This document shows, piece by piece, positions 36,486 to 49,864 of a stretch of 64,000 nucleotides of DNA (the stretch's first letter is position 1; each line of letters starts with the position of its first letter). The stretch is from NCBI GenBank assembly GCA_964016885.1, contig CAXHJY010001625.1, positions 1 to 64,000 on the forward strand, written 5' to 3'. Source of the stretch: Eledone cirrhosa (Eukaryota). The notes beneath the pieces were generated by a model that saw only the letters and a program-made list of their open reading frames with translations, was not told the DNA's origin and searched no databases. A program made the translations under genes and the position numbers.

Positions 36486-36791
36486 TATATATATATATAT
36501 CCATATAATCATGGAAAATGTATGTATGATATTGATGATGATATATATACATGTGTTATCTTCAGTTGTGTCAAAGCCATCCAACCTCCATATTGGTGGT
36601 GCCACAATTAATTGCTCTTAGTAAAGCATTGTTATGCATATAACTAAGATGCAGGTCTCCAACCTATCTGGGAGGTCAGTAGCTACACCTGTGTACTGAC
36701 TCGGTCTGTCATGATCTATCCAACCCTTACTAGGGAAAATGGACGTCAAATTTAGATGATATATCATTCATTATCATTTTGCATCCACTTT

Positions 36792-36833
<42 letters not shown>

Positions 36834-36964
36834 AGACTGTGGTTGTGTGGCTCTGTGGTTGTATGTATGTGTGTGGATGTATATCTCTGTGTGTCTATGT
36901 TTGTGTCTGTGTTTGTGTCTGTGTCTTTGTGTGTGCCTGTAGCTGTGTGTCTGTTGCTGTGCTT

Positions 36965-37350
36965 GTGTGTGTGGGCATGTATGCGTGTCTGTGTATGTGT
37001 GTGTGGGCATGTATGCGTGTCTGTGTATGTGCGTGTGGGCATGTATGCGTGTCTGTGTATGTGTGTGTGGGCATGTATGCGTGTCTGTGTATGTGCATGT
37101 GGGCATGTATGCGTGTCTGTGTATGTGTGTGTGGGCATGTATGCGTGTCTGTGTATGTGCGTGAGGGCATGTATGCGTGTCTGTGTATGTGTGTGTGGGC
37201 ATGTATGCGTGTCTGTGTATGTGCATGTGGGCATGTATGTGTGTCTGTGTATGTGCGTGTGGGCATGTATGCGTGTCTGTGTATGTGTGTGTGGGCATGT
37301 ATGCGTGTCTGTGTATGTGCGTGAGGGCATGTATGTGTGTCTGTGTATGC
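36965..37350. repeat. 32-bp minisatellite GTGGGCATGTATGCGTGTCTGTGTATGTGYRT, ~12 copies
   Basis: Direct periodicity. Confidence 0.93.
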
Positions 37351-37542
37351 ATGTGTGCCTTTGACTGTGTGTGTGTGTAAGCACGCCATTGCTGTGGGCC
37401 TTGGTGGTGATAGGAAACATTTTACACATAAATTTTACCATTAATGATAGTATTATGATGATGATGATGATTTATATCAGTGTTTATATCTATGGTGTGG
37501 CATTTCTAATTTTGAAACACATTGGTCTTCAGTTGTAGAGCT

Positions 37543-38807
37543 GCACATACACACACACACACATACATACACACACGCACACATACATACACACACACAT
37601 ACATACACACACACATACACACGCACACATACATACACACGCACACATACATACACACACACACACACATACACACATACATACACACACACACACATAC
37701 ATACACACACACACACACATACATACACACACATACATACACACACACACATACATACACACACACATACACACACACACATACATACATACACACACAC
37801 ATACATACACACACATTCATACATATTTACAACACATACGTACATAGACACATACATACATATATGCATGCACACACATATACACATGCATACATACACA
37901 CGCATACATACATATATACAACACATACGTACATAGACACATACATACATACATATATGCATGCACACACACACACGCATGCATACATACATATATACAA
38001 CACATACGTACATAGACACATACATACATATATGCATGCACACACATATACACATACGTACACACATACATGCACACATACACACATATATTGCCAGGCA
38101 TAAATCTGCCTGCGTAGACTCCCACTAGTAAATGACAATACCACCCACCTCTACACACATACATGCATACATACATATATACAACACATACGTACATAGA
38201 CACATACATGCATACATACATATATACAACACATACGTACATAGACACATACATGCATACATACATATATACAACACATACGTACATAGACACATACATG
38301 CATACATACATATATATACAACACATACGTACATAGAGACATACATGCATACATACATATATACAACACATACATAAATACATATATGCATGCACACACA
38401 TATACACATACATACATACATACACACACATACATACATACACACATACATACACACATACACACACATACATATATATGCACACATACACACATATTGC
38501 CAGGCATAAATCTGCCTGTGTAGACTCCCACTAGTAAATGACAATACCACCCACCTATACACACACACATACATACATACACACATACATACACACATAC
38601 ATACACATACATATATATGCACACATACACACATATTGCCAGGCATAAATCTGCCTGTGTAGACTCCCTCTAGTAAATGACAATACCACCCACCTATACA
38701 CACACACATACATACATACACACATACATACACATACACACATATTGCCAGGCATAAATCTGCCTGTGTAGACTCCCTCTAGTAAATGATAACAATACCA
38801 CCCACCT
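37543..38807. repeat. CA/CATA microsatellite with a 45-bp minisatellite and four copies of a ~64-bp unique block
   Basis: The block TATTGCCAGGCATAAATCTGCCTG.GTAGACTCCC.CTAGTAAATGACAATACCACCCACCT occurs at ~38087, 38493, 38633 and 38741. Confidence 0.9.
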
Positions 38808-39341
38808 TTGTTGTCATGCTCAAGTAATTGATGTCATACAAATCACACACATTTTTCAGTCACAACTATTCCAACATTGCATGTACAGGAGACATTACAA
38901 ACAGCTGGAGGGATAAGAAAAGACATCAATGCTTTAAAACGTTAATTGACTTTTTATTATATTATAGATTAAATTTCTCAGTGAATTCAAATCTAAGAAA
39001 ATAAATTAATCACTTGCATTCTTTAAATGGCATGAAACAAAATCATAAAATTTTACTGTAGAAATGAAGTGGTGAAGTCGGATAGAGTAACTTAAAAACA
39101 TGGTCATACGGAGATTCTGTATAGTTTAGTGAAGACTTTTGTAGATGGCTAAGACTAAAGATATTTTTTTTTCTAATTAGAAATGAAACCTTGGGCAAGT
39201 AGAATTATCTTTTACAGAAATACAATGCCTAATTTATAAATTAAATATCATATCGTCATTGTCTTGAAATTAATTGTCTTTTTTTGTTTTTGTTTTTTGG
39301 TCAGTTTGGGTTTTTATTTGTTTTCTTTTTTTGTGGTTGTT

Positions 39342-39380
<39 letters not shown>

Positions 39381-40750
39381 ATGGTCAATGGTTGGATATA
39401 TTGTTATATCACCATTTGTCTCTGTGGAAATTTGAAACAAAATGAATTAATTCAGTGAAATCCAGCAGTTTTGATAGCATAAAGGATGTTAGAAATGTAA
39501 TATATTCCTAACTAAATGATAAAATATGTAATTAAGAATAACCCATTATTTTCTATAAGATTTACAGTTAGTCTTCTTGTGTGTTGTGTTGTCAGTTTAT
39601 CTGAATTATTTCAAATACATTATTAATAATCTTGACAAAATGATAAACAATACAGATTCTTGATTCTGCTCAATTATAAATCACACATTAATGTTTAGCC
39701 ACTGGTCAGCTGCCTGCTACTGGACAGAGCTATGATCAAAGACAATTCAACCGTGACAACTTTCCTTGTCCTCTTGGGTATTGTGGATCTCAGACTAAAT
39801 TGTCCAATGTGTCATTTCCTTCTTCAGGCAATGGAGTTAGCCTGTCCCATTCGAGACATTTGGGGGAGTCAGGCTGCTAACTGTGAGGTTCTTGTTTTCA
39901 CTGGTGGCTTGCTTAACCAATGTAACTGGTGTTGCTCGTGAGGCTCTTGGTTGTTCCAGTGCATCAGCCTCGCCATCATCCAAGGTAATGCTGCGACCAA
40001 CTGCTGTGGTCAACTTTGCCTTTAATATTTTTGAGGTCGATAAAAAATGTACCAGTCCTGTACTAGGGTTGATTCTTCTTCTATAGAAAAAAATCCGCTG
40101 TGTTCAGACCTGGAGAGGGATGGGCTCCACTAGCTTTAAATGTGCTCTAGACGTGCCATATGACAGTGCCTCTATGGCTCTACAGGGAGTTATGGGATCT
40201 TTATCCTTATCTTTTAAGAAAAAGGGGAGAGGGTGTAAATGGTTTTATCTTTGCTATCTTGTTCAGAAATATTTTCTGCTATTTCTAGCCGTTTGAGTTA
40301 CTACTCCTTTTCAACTTTTGTAGATCAATATCAAACACTGGAACACATATTGCATTGAAATTATTTTGCTATTTTATAGCTTTCCAACTAATACATTTTT
40401 TTGAAGTGATTTCACAATCTATTTATTTCGACCTTATAAATGTTAAAATATTATTTTATAAAAAGACTTCACCAAAGTGATTTTGTTTTTATTTTGACAA
40501 ACTATAAACATTAGGTCAGCAGTTTGTAGGTAGACATAAAATGAAAGTGTAAAAAAACGGTGTTGTTGTGTGGCTGGTTTATGTAACTGAGAAGTTGAAG
40601 TGCAAATGTAACGAACAAATTTGTTTTGGTGCAACATGTTCATAAATGAAATAGTTGTATTTGGTTTGAAACTGTAGTCATGCCAAATTTATATAAAACT
40701 ACCTTCACAGTATTTTTAAAAGCTGTATTATGAAATTGAGATGGTTAACA

Positions 40751-40910
40751 TGTTCAGAATTTGACCCCAAACATATTCAGAATTTGACCCCAACCCCAAA
40801 CATATTCAGAATTTGACCCCAACCCCAAACATATTCAGAATTTGACCCCAACCCCAAACATATTCAGAATTCGGCCTCAACCCCAAACATATTCAGAATT
40901 GGACCCCAAT
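40751..40910. repeat. 29-bp minisatellite ATATTCAGAATTTGACCCCAACCCCAAAC, ~6 copies
   Basis: Period 29 (40802, 40831, 40860). Confidence 0.92.
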
Positions 40911-41242
40911 ACACACTGGCTTGATGAGCCTCCAGACTTAGTACAGACTTTTAACATTTATAAGATGCAAAATGATAAACTTTTGGCACAAGGCCAGCAA
41001 TTACCCAGTGCATTATTGGTACATTATGCCCCAAAAGTCTTTTAGTGCCAGAAGGTTTGACTCTCAGTTCCTTAACCCCAATGCAACTGAGATAAGTACC
41101 AACCTGATGGGCTTGGGATAGATTTTCACTTCAACTTTTTAACATTTATAAGATGCAAAAGTGTAATGAGAATAATGTGAATAATGATTGTGATGTTGCA
41201 GATTTTAAAGAGTATATTTATGTATATTTTAATCTTTTTCAG

Positions 41243-41297
41243 AAATCCTAATTTGGAGAACCTGTATTGATTAGACCCCAAAACTAAAAGGTCTGAG
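41243..41297 (+). other. Candidate 55-nt non-coding internal exon
   Basis: TTTTAATCTTTTTCAG| acceptor and GAG|GTAAGT consensus donor in non-repetitive DNA. All three frames contain stops. Confidence 0.5.
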
Positions 41298-41346
41298 GTA
41301 AGTTATTACTTATTTAATATTAATAATTATTGGAAAACGAAAGCTT

Positions 41347-42215
41347 ACAGTGGTCAACAACATTTTTGGTGCATTGATGCTGACACTTGATGTTACCTAA
41401 TTTGAGTGTGCTGAATTCAAAAGTTAGTTTTCCTCTGATAGCTCCAAACTTTTTGCAATTAATGAATGTTTCTTGTATGATGATTCAATCCATTTGAATA
41501 TTTTATAATTATACCATCTTCATAATAGGTTAAAAACAAATATCTTTGCATTCTATTCATAAATACGAGTTAGGCTATAAAAATAATATTTAACATTCCT
41601 ATAAATGTTACCATTTGCCAATACAGAAACATAACATTACAATAAGGGAGTGTACTGATTTTCAGTGGAAAACATACATCATATACAATTAATAAGTAGC
41701 TAGGTCAGAAACGGAAAAGTATTGAAGGCAAAACAAAAATAGTTCTTATTGAAGCAAGAATTAGCGCTTGTAGCTCTCGCGTTGAAGAATCCATGATTAG
41801 AAGCAATGATTAGATCTGAAACATAAGCACAATTGTGAATTTTAAGTATGATATATCTTAAAATCGCCAGAAAACCAGAGCATGTAGAACAAAACTAATT
41901 TCAAAGTTGAAATCAGCACAAACAATTAACCCTTTAGCATTTAAACCGGCCATATCCAGCCAGAGTTCTCTCACCTCTTTCTGTTCAAATCGGCCATAAC
42001 CAGCTGTTCATACTGATGTTAAGGTATTGTTCTTAAAATAAATGATATCAAAGTCTCACAGATTCGATATTATATGAGATATTTTGCAAGATAAAGCCTT
42101 TACCATGAAAATATAATAGTATATATAGAGTAATGTAAATGCTAAAGGGTTAAGCTAGAAACAGTGAAAAAATCTCATGCACCAGAAAAAAAGAAAAAAG
42201 GTTGTTGCCCAGTGT
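41347..42215. mobile_element. Non-autonomous DNA transposon remnant with terminal inverted repeats
   Basis: ACAGTGGTCAACAAC..GGTGCAT and ATGCACC..GTTGTTGCCCAGTGT, plus subterminal GTGCTGAATTCAA and TTGAAATCAGCAC. Confidence 0.7.
41930..42149. mobile_element. piggyBac-like MITE nested in the above element
   Basis: TTAA|CCCTTTAGCATTTA ... TAAATGCTAAAGGG|TTAA. Confidence 0.92.
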
Positions 42216-42809
42216 TATCTGATCAAATCAATTTTCTGACTGTTACCACCTGGGATGTTTATGTCAGAGTTCAATAAATATTTGAGATAAAGAGTTAAGA
42301 ATTGAATTTCAAATCATAATATATCTAATATAATATATTTGAATGAGAAGATATTTCTATTTATTTTATTTATGGTTTTCTTTTAATATATATTTTTTAT
42401 ATGTTTTCCTATCTTTGTATTACTGAGAAGTTCCTGAAAATTCTAACCACTACATGAATTTTTAGGTTGACTTTTGTTGTTAGTCCTTGTTAAGCCTGTC
42501 TGTACCATATATCTAATGAATGTCACCTTATATTCATTGTTAAATAATCAAGAATTTGGAGGAATTTAGTAAAATGATTTTCTCATTATTTAGTTGGTGT
42601 TTAGAACATAACTTAAAAGGTTCTTATATAAAATTATAGTGAGGTGTTTTAAAATAAATCTGAACATTTAAAAATAAACAGCTTGTATTGTAGAACCATG
42701 GTCAGTTTCAGGCAGTTTGGAATCAAAATATTAAATTGATAGAACTCAAACATACATCTAGTAGACACCTCTTAACCGCTATACCCCATCCACCCACTCC
42801 TGCCACCCT

Positions 42810-43103
42810 TACACTGTGAACAAAACATATTCAGCCCATACTGTAAAGTGGCCATGTAGGTGTCATGACAAAAAATACCCAGCCCACACTGGAAAGTGGT
42901 CATGTAGGTGTCACAACAAAAAGCACTCAGCACACACTGTAAATATGGTTAGCATTAGGGAGGGCATCCAACTGTAGAAATCTATCCAGAAAGCGTTCTA
43001 TATGAGCAAGACACAGTCACCTGACCCAACTTGCCTCAAACGGGACAACCCATCTAACCCATGCTAGCATGGAAAATGGATGTTAAATGATGTTGATGAT
43101 GAT
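42810..43103 (+). mobile_element. RTE-tail module with ~3 internal subrepeats
   Basis: CCCA.ACTG.AAAGTGG.CATGTAGGTGTCA repeats, then GGGCATCCAACTG and CCATGCTAGCATGGAAAATGGATGTTAAA(TGA)n. Confidence 0.8.
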
Positions 43104-43189
43104 AGACTGAAGAAGATTTTATAAATAGTTTTTATTTAGACAAAATAAAAATGAAATGTTGAAGCATGAGAGTCTTTGTAATATAATAA

Positions 43190-43302
43190 TTGTTTCTACT
43201 TTTGGCACAAGGCCAGCAATTACCCAGTACATTACTGGTACTTTATTTTATCGACCCCGAAGGATGAAAGGCAAAGTTAACCTCGGCGGGATTTGAACTC
43301 AG
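43190..43302 (-). mobile_element. SINE family A short form, partial
   Basis: Tail, core and B-box. Confidence 0.85.
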
Positions 43303-43739
43303 ATATTATTATTGTGTAATACAATAATGTGTTGTTCTTTGCATATTTTTGGCGAGGTTTTACCCTTCCTATCACCAACCACTTTATAGTGGGGACTGGG
43401 TGCATTATTTGTGCCACTAACACTAGTGAGATTGTCTTACTGGACTGAAGGATGATCTCTAGTCTATATTGGACCCGTTGAACCCATGCTGACATAAAAT
43501 GATGATGATGAAATGTACTGTACTCCTTGAAGTACTTGTATTTTCAATATTTTTACATGTTTAATGCTGAGTCAACTCTGATCAAACAAACATGATCAGA
43601 GGTACTCTAGCAATGACAATCATAGCTTTTATTTCTGACTTAGTGTATCTAGGACTACATTATGCAATCTCCTTCGTTTTAAAGATGGATGGGTGTGATT
43701 TGAAAGGGATCTAGCATCTTTTATTGTAAACTGACTAAC

Positions 43740-44080
43740 TATGAGGGTCGGCTGGAAAGTTCAAAGTCTGAAAAGTTCATTGACTGACCAAGATGCTCTC
43801 ATAGAATGACCAAATGGTGTTTATTTTTCAACATAGTCCTTCGAAAGAAACAATACAGTTATTAATAAGAAGGGTTGAAATTAATTCATGGAAGATTTCA
43901 CAGCTCTAGCATCACTCCTTCATAGGCTGACCAAGATACTCTCATGGAATGACTAAATGAGGTTTACTTTTCAACATAGTCCCTGGAAAGAAACAATGGA
44001 TTTATTAATAAGAAGAGTTGATATTTATACATGCAAGATTTCACTGCTCTAGCATCACTCCTTCATAGTCAGCATATAAA
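43740..44080. mobile_element. mariner-like MITE remnant with a ~143-bp internal tandem duplication
   Basis: Starts TATGAGGGTCGGCTGGAAAGTTCA. The segment ~43783-43925 is duplicated at ~43926-44068, and a related end occurs at ~63015-63060. Confidence 0.65.
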
Positions 44081-44163
44081 GAATCCTTCTTTCACTCCTG
44101 TTTTAAATTGGTAACATTTCATGTGACAAGGTCAAAACTTAAATAATCCAGACTTGAGGCTAT

Positions 44164-44208
44164 ACTTTACTGATGAAGTCAGATTAAGACCAAAAACATG
44201 TCTGAAGT
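44164..44208 (+). ncRNA. Degenerate minimal type I hammerhead-like motif
   Basis: ACTTTA CTGATGA A GTC AGATTAA GAC C AAAAAC AT GTC TGAAGT: 6-bp stem I, 3-bp stem II and a GTC triplet, but GAAA is mutated. Confidence 0.5.
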
Positions 44209-44400
44209 TGTTTCCTGTATTTACTGGGAAAATTAAAACATTATTATGTAGTTATGACTAATAAGATTTATCTTTTAATTGCTTATTTATTTCTAATAAT
44301 CTTTTAAATGTTCCGTGTTTTAAATATGTTAGCACTAACATAGCTAGTTATTTAATTAACTTCAAATGGAACATTTTGCCTCATCCGAATTAACTCTTAA

Positions 44401-44432
<32 letters not shown>

Positions 44433-44901
44433 TCCCTGTCTCGCCTTTTCTCTCTCTCTCTCTTTCTCTTTCCCTTTCTCGCCTTTTCTCTCTCTCTCTC
44501 TTTCTCTTTCCCTGTCTCGCCTTTTCTCTCTCTCTCTCTCTCTCTTTCCCTGTCTCGCCTTCTCTCTCTCTCTCACTCTCTCTCTCTCTCGCCTTTTCTC
44601 TCTCTCTCTCTCTCTCTTTCTCTTTCCCTGTCTCGCCTTTTCTCTCTCTCTCTCTCTTTCTCTTTCCCTGTCTCGCCTTTTCTCTCTCTCTCTCTCTCTT
44701 TCTCTTTCCCTGTCTCGCCTTTTCTCTCTCTCTCTCTCTCTTTCTCTTTCCCTGTCTCGCCTTCTCTCTCTCTCTCTCTTTCTCTTTCCCTGTCTCGCCT
44801 TCTCTCTCTCTCTTTCTCTTTCCCTGTCTCGCCTTCTCTCTCTCTCTTTCTCTTTCCCTGTCTCGCCTTCTCTCTCTCTCTCTCTCTCTTTCCCTGTCTC
44901 G

Positions 44902-44933
<32 letters not shown>

Positions 44934-44935
44934 GT
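44401..44935. repeat. (CT)n minisatellite punctuated by TTCCCTGTCTCGCCTT
   Basis: About 13 recurrences, separated by CT runs of variable length. Confidence 0.93.
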
Positions 44936-45108
44936 CATGAAGAATCTTAAAAGTGCCCAATACTGTGTGTAATAGAAGTAATATTTGTGAGATACATGGG
45001 TAGATGTGTAGATCTGGTGAATGTGAATGAAAACATACAACAGTTTTATTTCACAAGTTGTTAAAGCATTAGAAATGGAATCCTAGGAGAGAAATGTTTA
45101 GCTATATG

Positions 45109-45679
45109 GTATATATATATATATATGTATGTGTATATGTATGTGTGTATATATATATATGTATATGTATGTGTATATATATAACTATATATATGCGTGT
45201 ATGTATATGTATGTGTATATATATATATATGTGTGTATATATATGTATGTGTGTATATATATGTATGTGTATATGTATGTGTGTATATATATGTATGTGT
45301 ATATATATATATATATGTTTATGTGTATATATATGTATATGTATGTGTATATATATATGTATGTGTATATATATGTTTATATGTATGTGTATATATATGT
45401 ATATGTATGTGTATATATATATGTATGTGTATATATATGTATATGTATGTGTATATATATATGCATGTGTATATATATATATGTATGTGTATATATATGT
45501 ATATGTATGTGTATGTATATATGTATGTGTATGTATATATGTATGTGTATGTATATATGTGTGTGTGTGTATGTATATGTGTGTGTGTATATATATATGT
45601 ATATATTGTGTGTGTGTATATATATATATATATTGTGTGTGTATATATATGTGTGTGTGTGTGTATGTGTGTGTGTGTG

Positions 45680-45710
<31 letters not shown>

Positions 45711-45941
45711 ACTCTACACATACATGTGAGTGTATTAAGGCAAATTCTTGTCAACAATATATAAACCGTCAATAAATAAAAGAGCAACACTAATACAATG
45801 GAAACACATAAATATTTAAATCTCTCTCTCTCTCTCCCCTTCTCTTCCCCCTCTGTTCCCTTCTTTCCCTCTCTCCTTCTCTTCCCCCTCTCTTCCCTTC
45901 TTTCCCTCTCTCTCTCTTACTCTCTTTCTCCCTCTCTGTCT

Positions 45942-46024
<83 letters not shown>

Positions 46025-46025
46025 C
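45109..46025. repeat. (TA/TG)n tract (45109-45711) and (CT)n tract (~45820-46025)
   Basis: Seen directly. Confidence 0.93.
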
Positions 46026-46093
46026 CTTACTTTGGCACAACCATACTTTCACCTTTGAATCGTTGTTTACAGGGCCATACTGTTTAATGTATA

Positions 46094-46124
<31 letters not shown>

Positions 46125-46244
46125 TCATCTTTTTATGTCTGTTTTTCCATGCTGGTAAACATACATACATACATACATACATACATACATACATCTCTAT
46201 CCTGTTTGTACTTATTCTTGTATATCTCATTTAATCACAGTCAT

Positions 46245-48125
46245 GCACATACACACATGCATCTTCACAGGCACCTATATAACACATACATTCATACATA
46301 CATATACACACATACATGTATATATACATGTATAGACACTCACATACGTACATGCATCTTCACAGGCACAGATATAACACATACATTCATACATACATAT
46401 ACACACATACATATATACATGTATAGACACTCACATACGTACATGCATCTTCACAGGCACAGATATAACACATACATTCATACATACATATACACACATA
46501 CATATATATATACATGTATAGACACTCACATACACACATGCATCTTCACAGGCACATATATAACACATACATTCATATACACACATACATATATATATAC
46601 ATGTATAGACACTCACATACACACATGCATCTTCACAGGCACCTATATAACACATACATTCATACATACATATAATAAACACATACATGTATATATATAC
46701 ATGTATAGACACTCACATATACACATGCATCTTCACAGGCACCTATATAACACATACATTCATACATACATATACACACATACATGTATATATACATGTA
46801 TAGACACTCACATATACACATGCATCTTCACAGGCACATATATAACACATACATTCATACATACATATACACACATACATGTATATATACATGTATAGAC
46901 ACTCACATATACACATGCATCTTCACAGGCACCTATATAACACATACATTCATACATACATATACACACATACATATATATATACATGTATAGACACTCA
47001 CATACGTACATGCATCTTCACAGGCACAGATATAACACATACATTTATACATACATATACACACATACATATATATATACATGTATAGACACTCACATAC
47101 ACACATGCATCTTCACAGGCACAGATATAACACATACATTTATACATACATATACACACATACATATATATATACATGTATAGACACTCACATACACACA
47201 TGCATCTTCACAGGCACAGATATAACACATACATTCATACATACATATACACACATACATATATATATACATGTATAGACACTCACATACGTACATGCAT
47301 CTTCACAGGCACAGATATAACACATACATTTATACATACATATACACACATACATATATATATACATGTATAGACACTCACATACACACATGCATCTTCA
47401 CAGGCACATATATAACACATACATTCATACATACATATACACACATACATATATATATACATGTATAGACACTCACATACACACATGCATCTTCACAGGC
47501 ACATATATAACACATACATTCATACATACATATACACACATACATATATATATACATGTATAGACACTCACATACGTACATGCATCTTCACAGGCACAGA
47601 TATAACACATACATTCATACATACATATATATATACATGTATAGACACTCACATACACACATGCATCAGCTTCACAGGCACATATGCACCTATGTATACA
47701 CATGCATACATACACATGTACAGACACTCACACACACACATACATGCATCTTCAGAGGCACATATGCACACATATACACATAAATACATACATACACTCA
47801 CACATACACACACACACGTACATACATACACACACACATGTACATACACTCACACATACATATACATACACATGTACATATACACACACATGTACATACA
47901 CTCACACATACACATGTACAGACACTCACACACACATACATGCATCTTCAGAGGCACATATGTACCTATGTATATACATACATACATAAATACATACACA
48001 TGTACATAGATACACACTCACATGTACATACATACACTCATACATACACACACATACGTACATACATACACTCACATATACACTCCCACATACACGCACA
48101 CATGTAATGATGCACATACATACAG
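46245..48125. repeat. 95-bp minisatellite (~15 copies) decaying into a CA-rich tract
   Basis: The anchor CATGCATCTTCACAGGCAC recurs every ~95 bp; ORF starts at 46986, 47081, 47176 and onward show the period. Confidence 0.95.
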
Positions 48126-48894
48126 ACATACCTTACGTGACTGCATGTCTTGAACAACAGAACAACGTTAGAAAAGACTGAACCTAGATGTTAAAGGTCA
48201 CCAAAATCAGTAAAGTGATGGGAAATTTTTCTTAGTTCAATAGAATCATAATGGAAGCTAGAAAAATAAGCTAAAGGAGAAAAAATAATGACTATAAAAA
48301 ACTACAAAACCCAACTACAAAAATAAAAAATATATATATGTATATTAACAATGTAAGAAATATTGTATAAATGTCCAGCTAAATAAATGTATTTTATCAT
48401 GGAGAAAGGTCAGATGGAAAATACTCTTCTCTTCTGATGTAAAAACAAGAAGTTGCTTAAGTTGTTTCAAATGATTTGTTGCCTTATGCAGAATTAAGTC
48501 TGGAGAGCTGGTTATAATATTTTCTGCAGATCTGAATGTGCAGAGGTCATATAAAGACAGGCTGTAATGTCAAGTGTATTGTAGACTGACCAGAGAAGAT
48601 TGATGAAGTGTAACATTAACTATAAATGGCATCAACAGAAGTGAGAAGTAGGAGTAAAAAAAATTATAAAATAATAATAATAAAAGCTGCAAGAAAAAGA
48701 TTACTAGAATTTACTAGAACTTTATTTTGGTGACTATTGAAATAGATTATATAATTTTGTGGTAGTGTTTTTTGGTTTAGCTCCAGGTCAGCGCTGATCA
48801 AGCACACCTATAATCTGAGGAATTTCACCTATGATTACCCCATCCCATCCTATCTTTTTCCTATGTGTAGAGAACCCAGGGCAGCATTATTCAA

Positions 48895-49125
48895 TAGCTT
48901 AGTTAGTGGTTAGGGTGTTGGACTTATTATTGTTCGATTCTTGGACCAAGTGGTGTGTTCTGTTCTTGAACAAAGCATTTTATTTCACATTGTTACTTCA
49001 GTACACTCAACTGAAAGGGCAAAGTAGCAGTATCGAGGGTTAAGTTTGCAATGGACTGGTACCCTATCCAGGGAGCAGTCATACTCTATGTCACTTAATG
49101 ACAATGATAAACACTGGCCTCTTTG
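48895..49125 (+). mobile_element. Degraded tRNA/CORE-like SINE family B
   Basis: TAGTGGTTAGGGTGTTGGACT..GTTCGATTC..TGTTCTTGA.CAA.GCA.TTTATTTCAC..GATGGACTGG..CC.TCCAGGG. Related copies are at ~51105-51305, ~57010-57290 and ~62520-62810. Confidence 0.7.
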
Positions 49126-49189
49126 CAGAAGGAATTCACTTCACCAATCAACTGTGGCTAACAGAGAATATGCTAGTGTTGTTATGGTA

Positions 49190-49500
49190 GAGGGATTGGG
49201 GTTATTATGGTAATGATGCTGTTGTGTTGGGGTTGGAGTTGGTATGGTGGTAAGTTGTTGTGTTGGGGTTGGTGTTGTTATGCTGATGTTGTTGTGATGA
49301 TGTTGGAGTTGTTATGGTGGTGATGTTGTGATGGGGTTGGAGTTGTTATGGTGGTGATATTATGATAGGGTTGGAGTTGTTATGGTGGTGATATTATGAT
49401 AGGGTTGGAGTTGTTATGGGGTTGATGTTGTTGTGATGGGGTTGGAGTTGTTATGGTGGCGATGTGGTAGTGAAAGGGGTGGTGGTGTTGTTATGGTGGT
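49190..49500. repeat. GT-rich ~32-bp minisatellite (GGGTTGGAGTTGTTATGGTGGTGAT...)
   Basis: Direct repetition. Confidence 0.85.
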
Positions 49501-49864
49501 GAAGGGGATGACGGCATAATGGTAATATTGTATCGGTAGTGGGGTTGGATGAGGGTGGCAATGGTAGCAGTACAGTTGTTACTGTAGTTGTTGTTGTTAT
49601 TATTCTGGTTGTTGTTGTCCATAACCATATTTAGAGAAAATCCTACAGTATTAAATGTCCAGACTGAGAATAAGGATAAGAGTTTAGTCTGATCTTATTC
49701 CAGTCTGAGAATTTAATAATATATTCTTGATATAGTAGTGGTAGTAGTAGCAGCAGTGGTAATAGTAGTGGTAGTAGCAGTAGTAGTAGTAGATGTGCTT
49801 GTGGTGTTGGTGGCAGTAGTGGTTGAGGTATAGGTAATAGTAGTAGTTGTTGTTTTTTTAACAT

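Noticed and set aside
38087-38807. CRISPR array
   Set aside because: The repeats are too long, the spacers are microsatellites of very unequal length, and there are no cas genes.
39344-39376. Poly-T run as a terminator or retrogene tail
   Set aside because: There is no preceding hairpin and no adjacent recognisable retrocopy.
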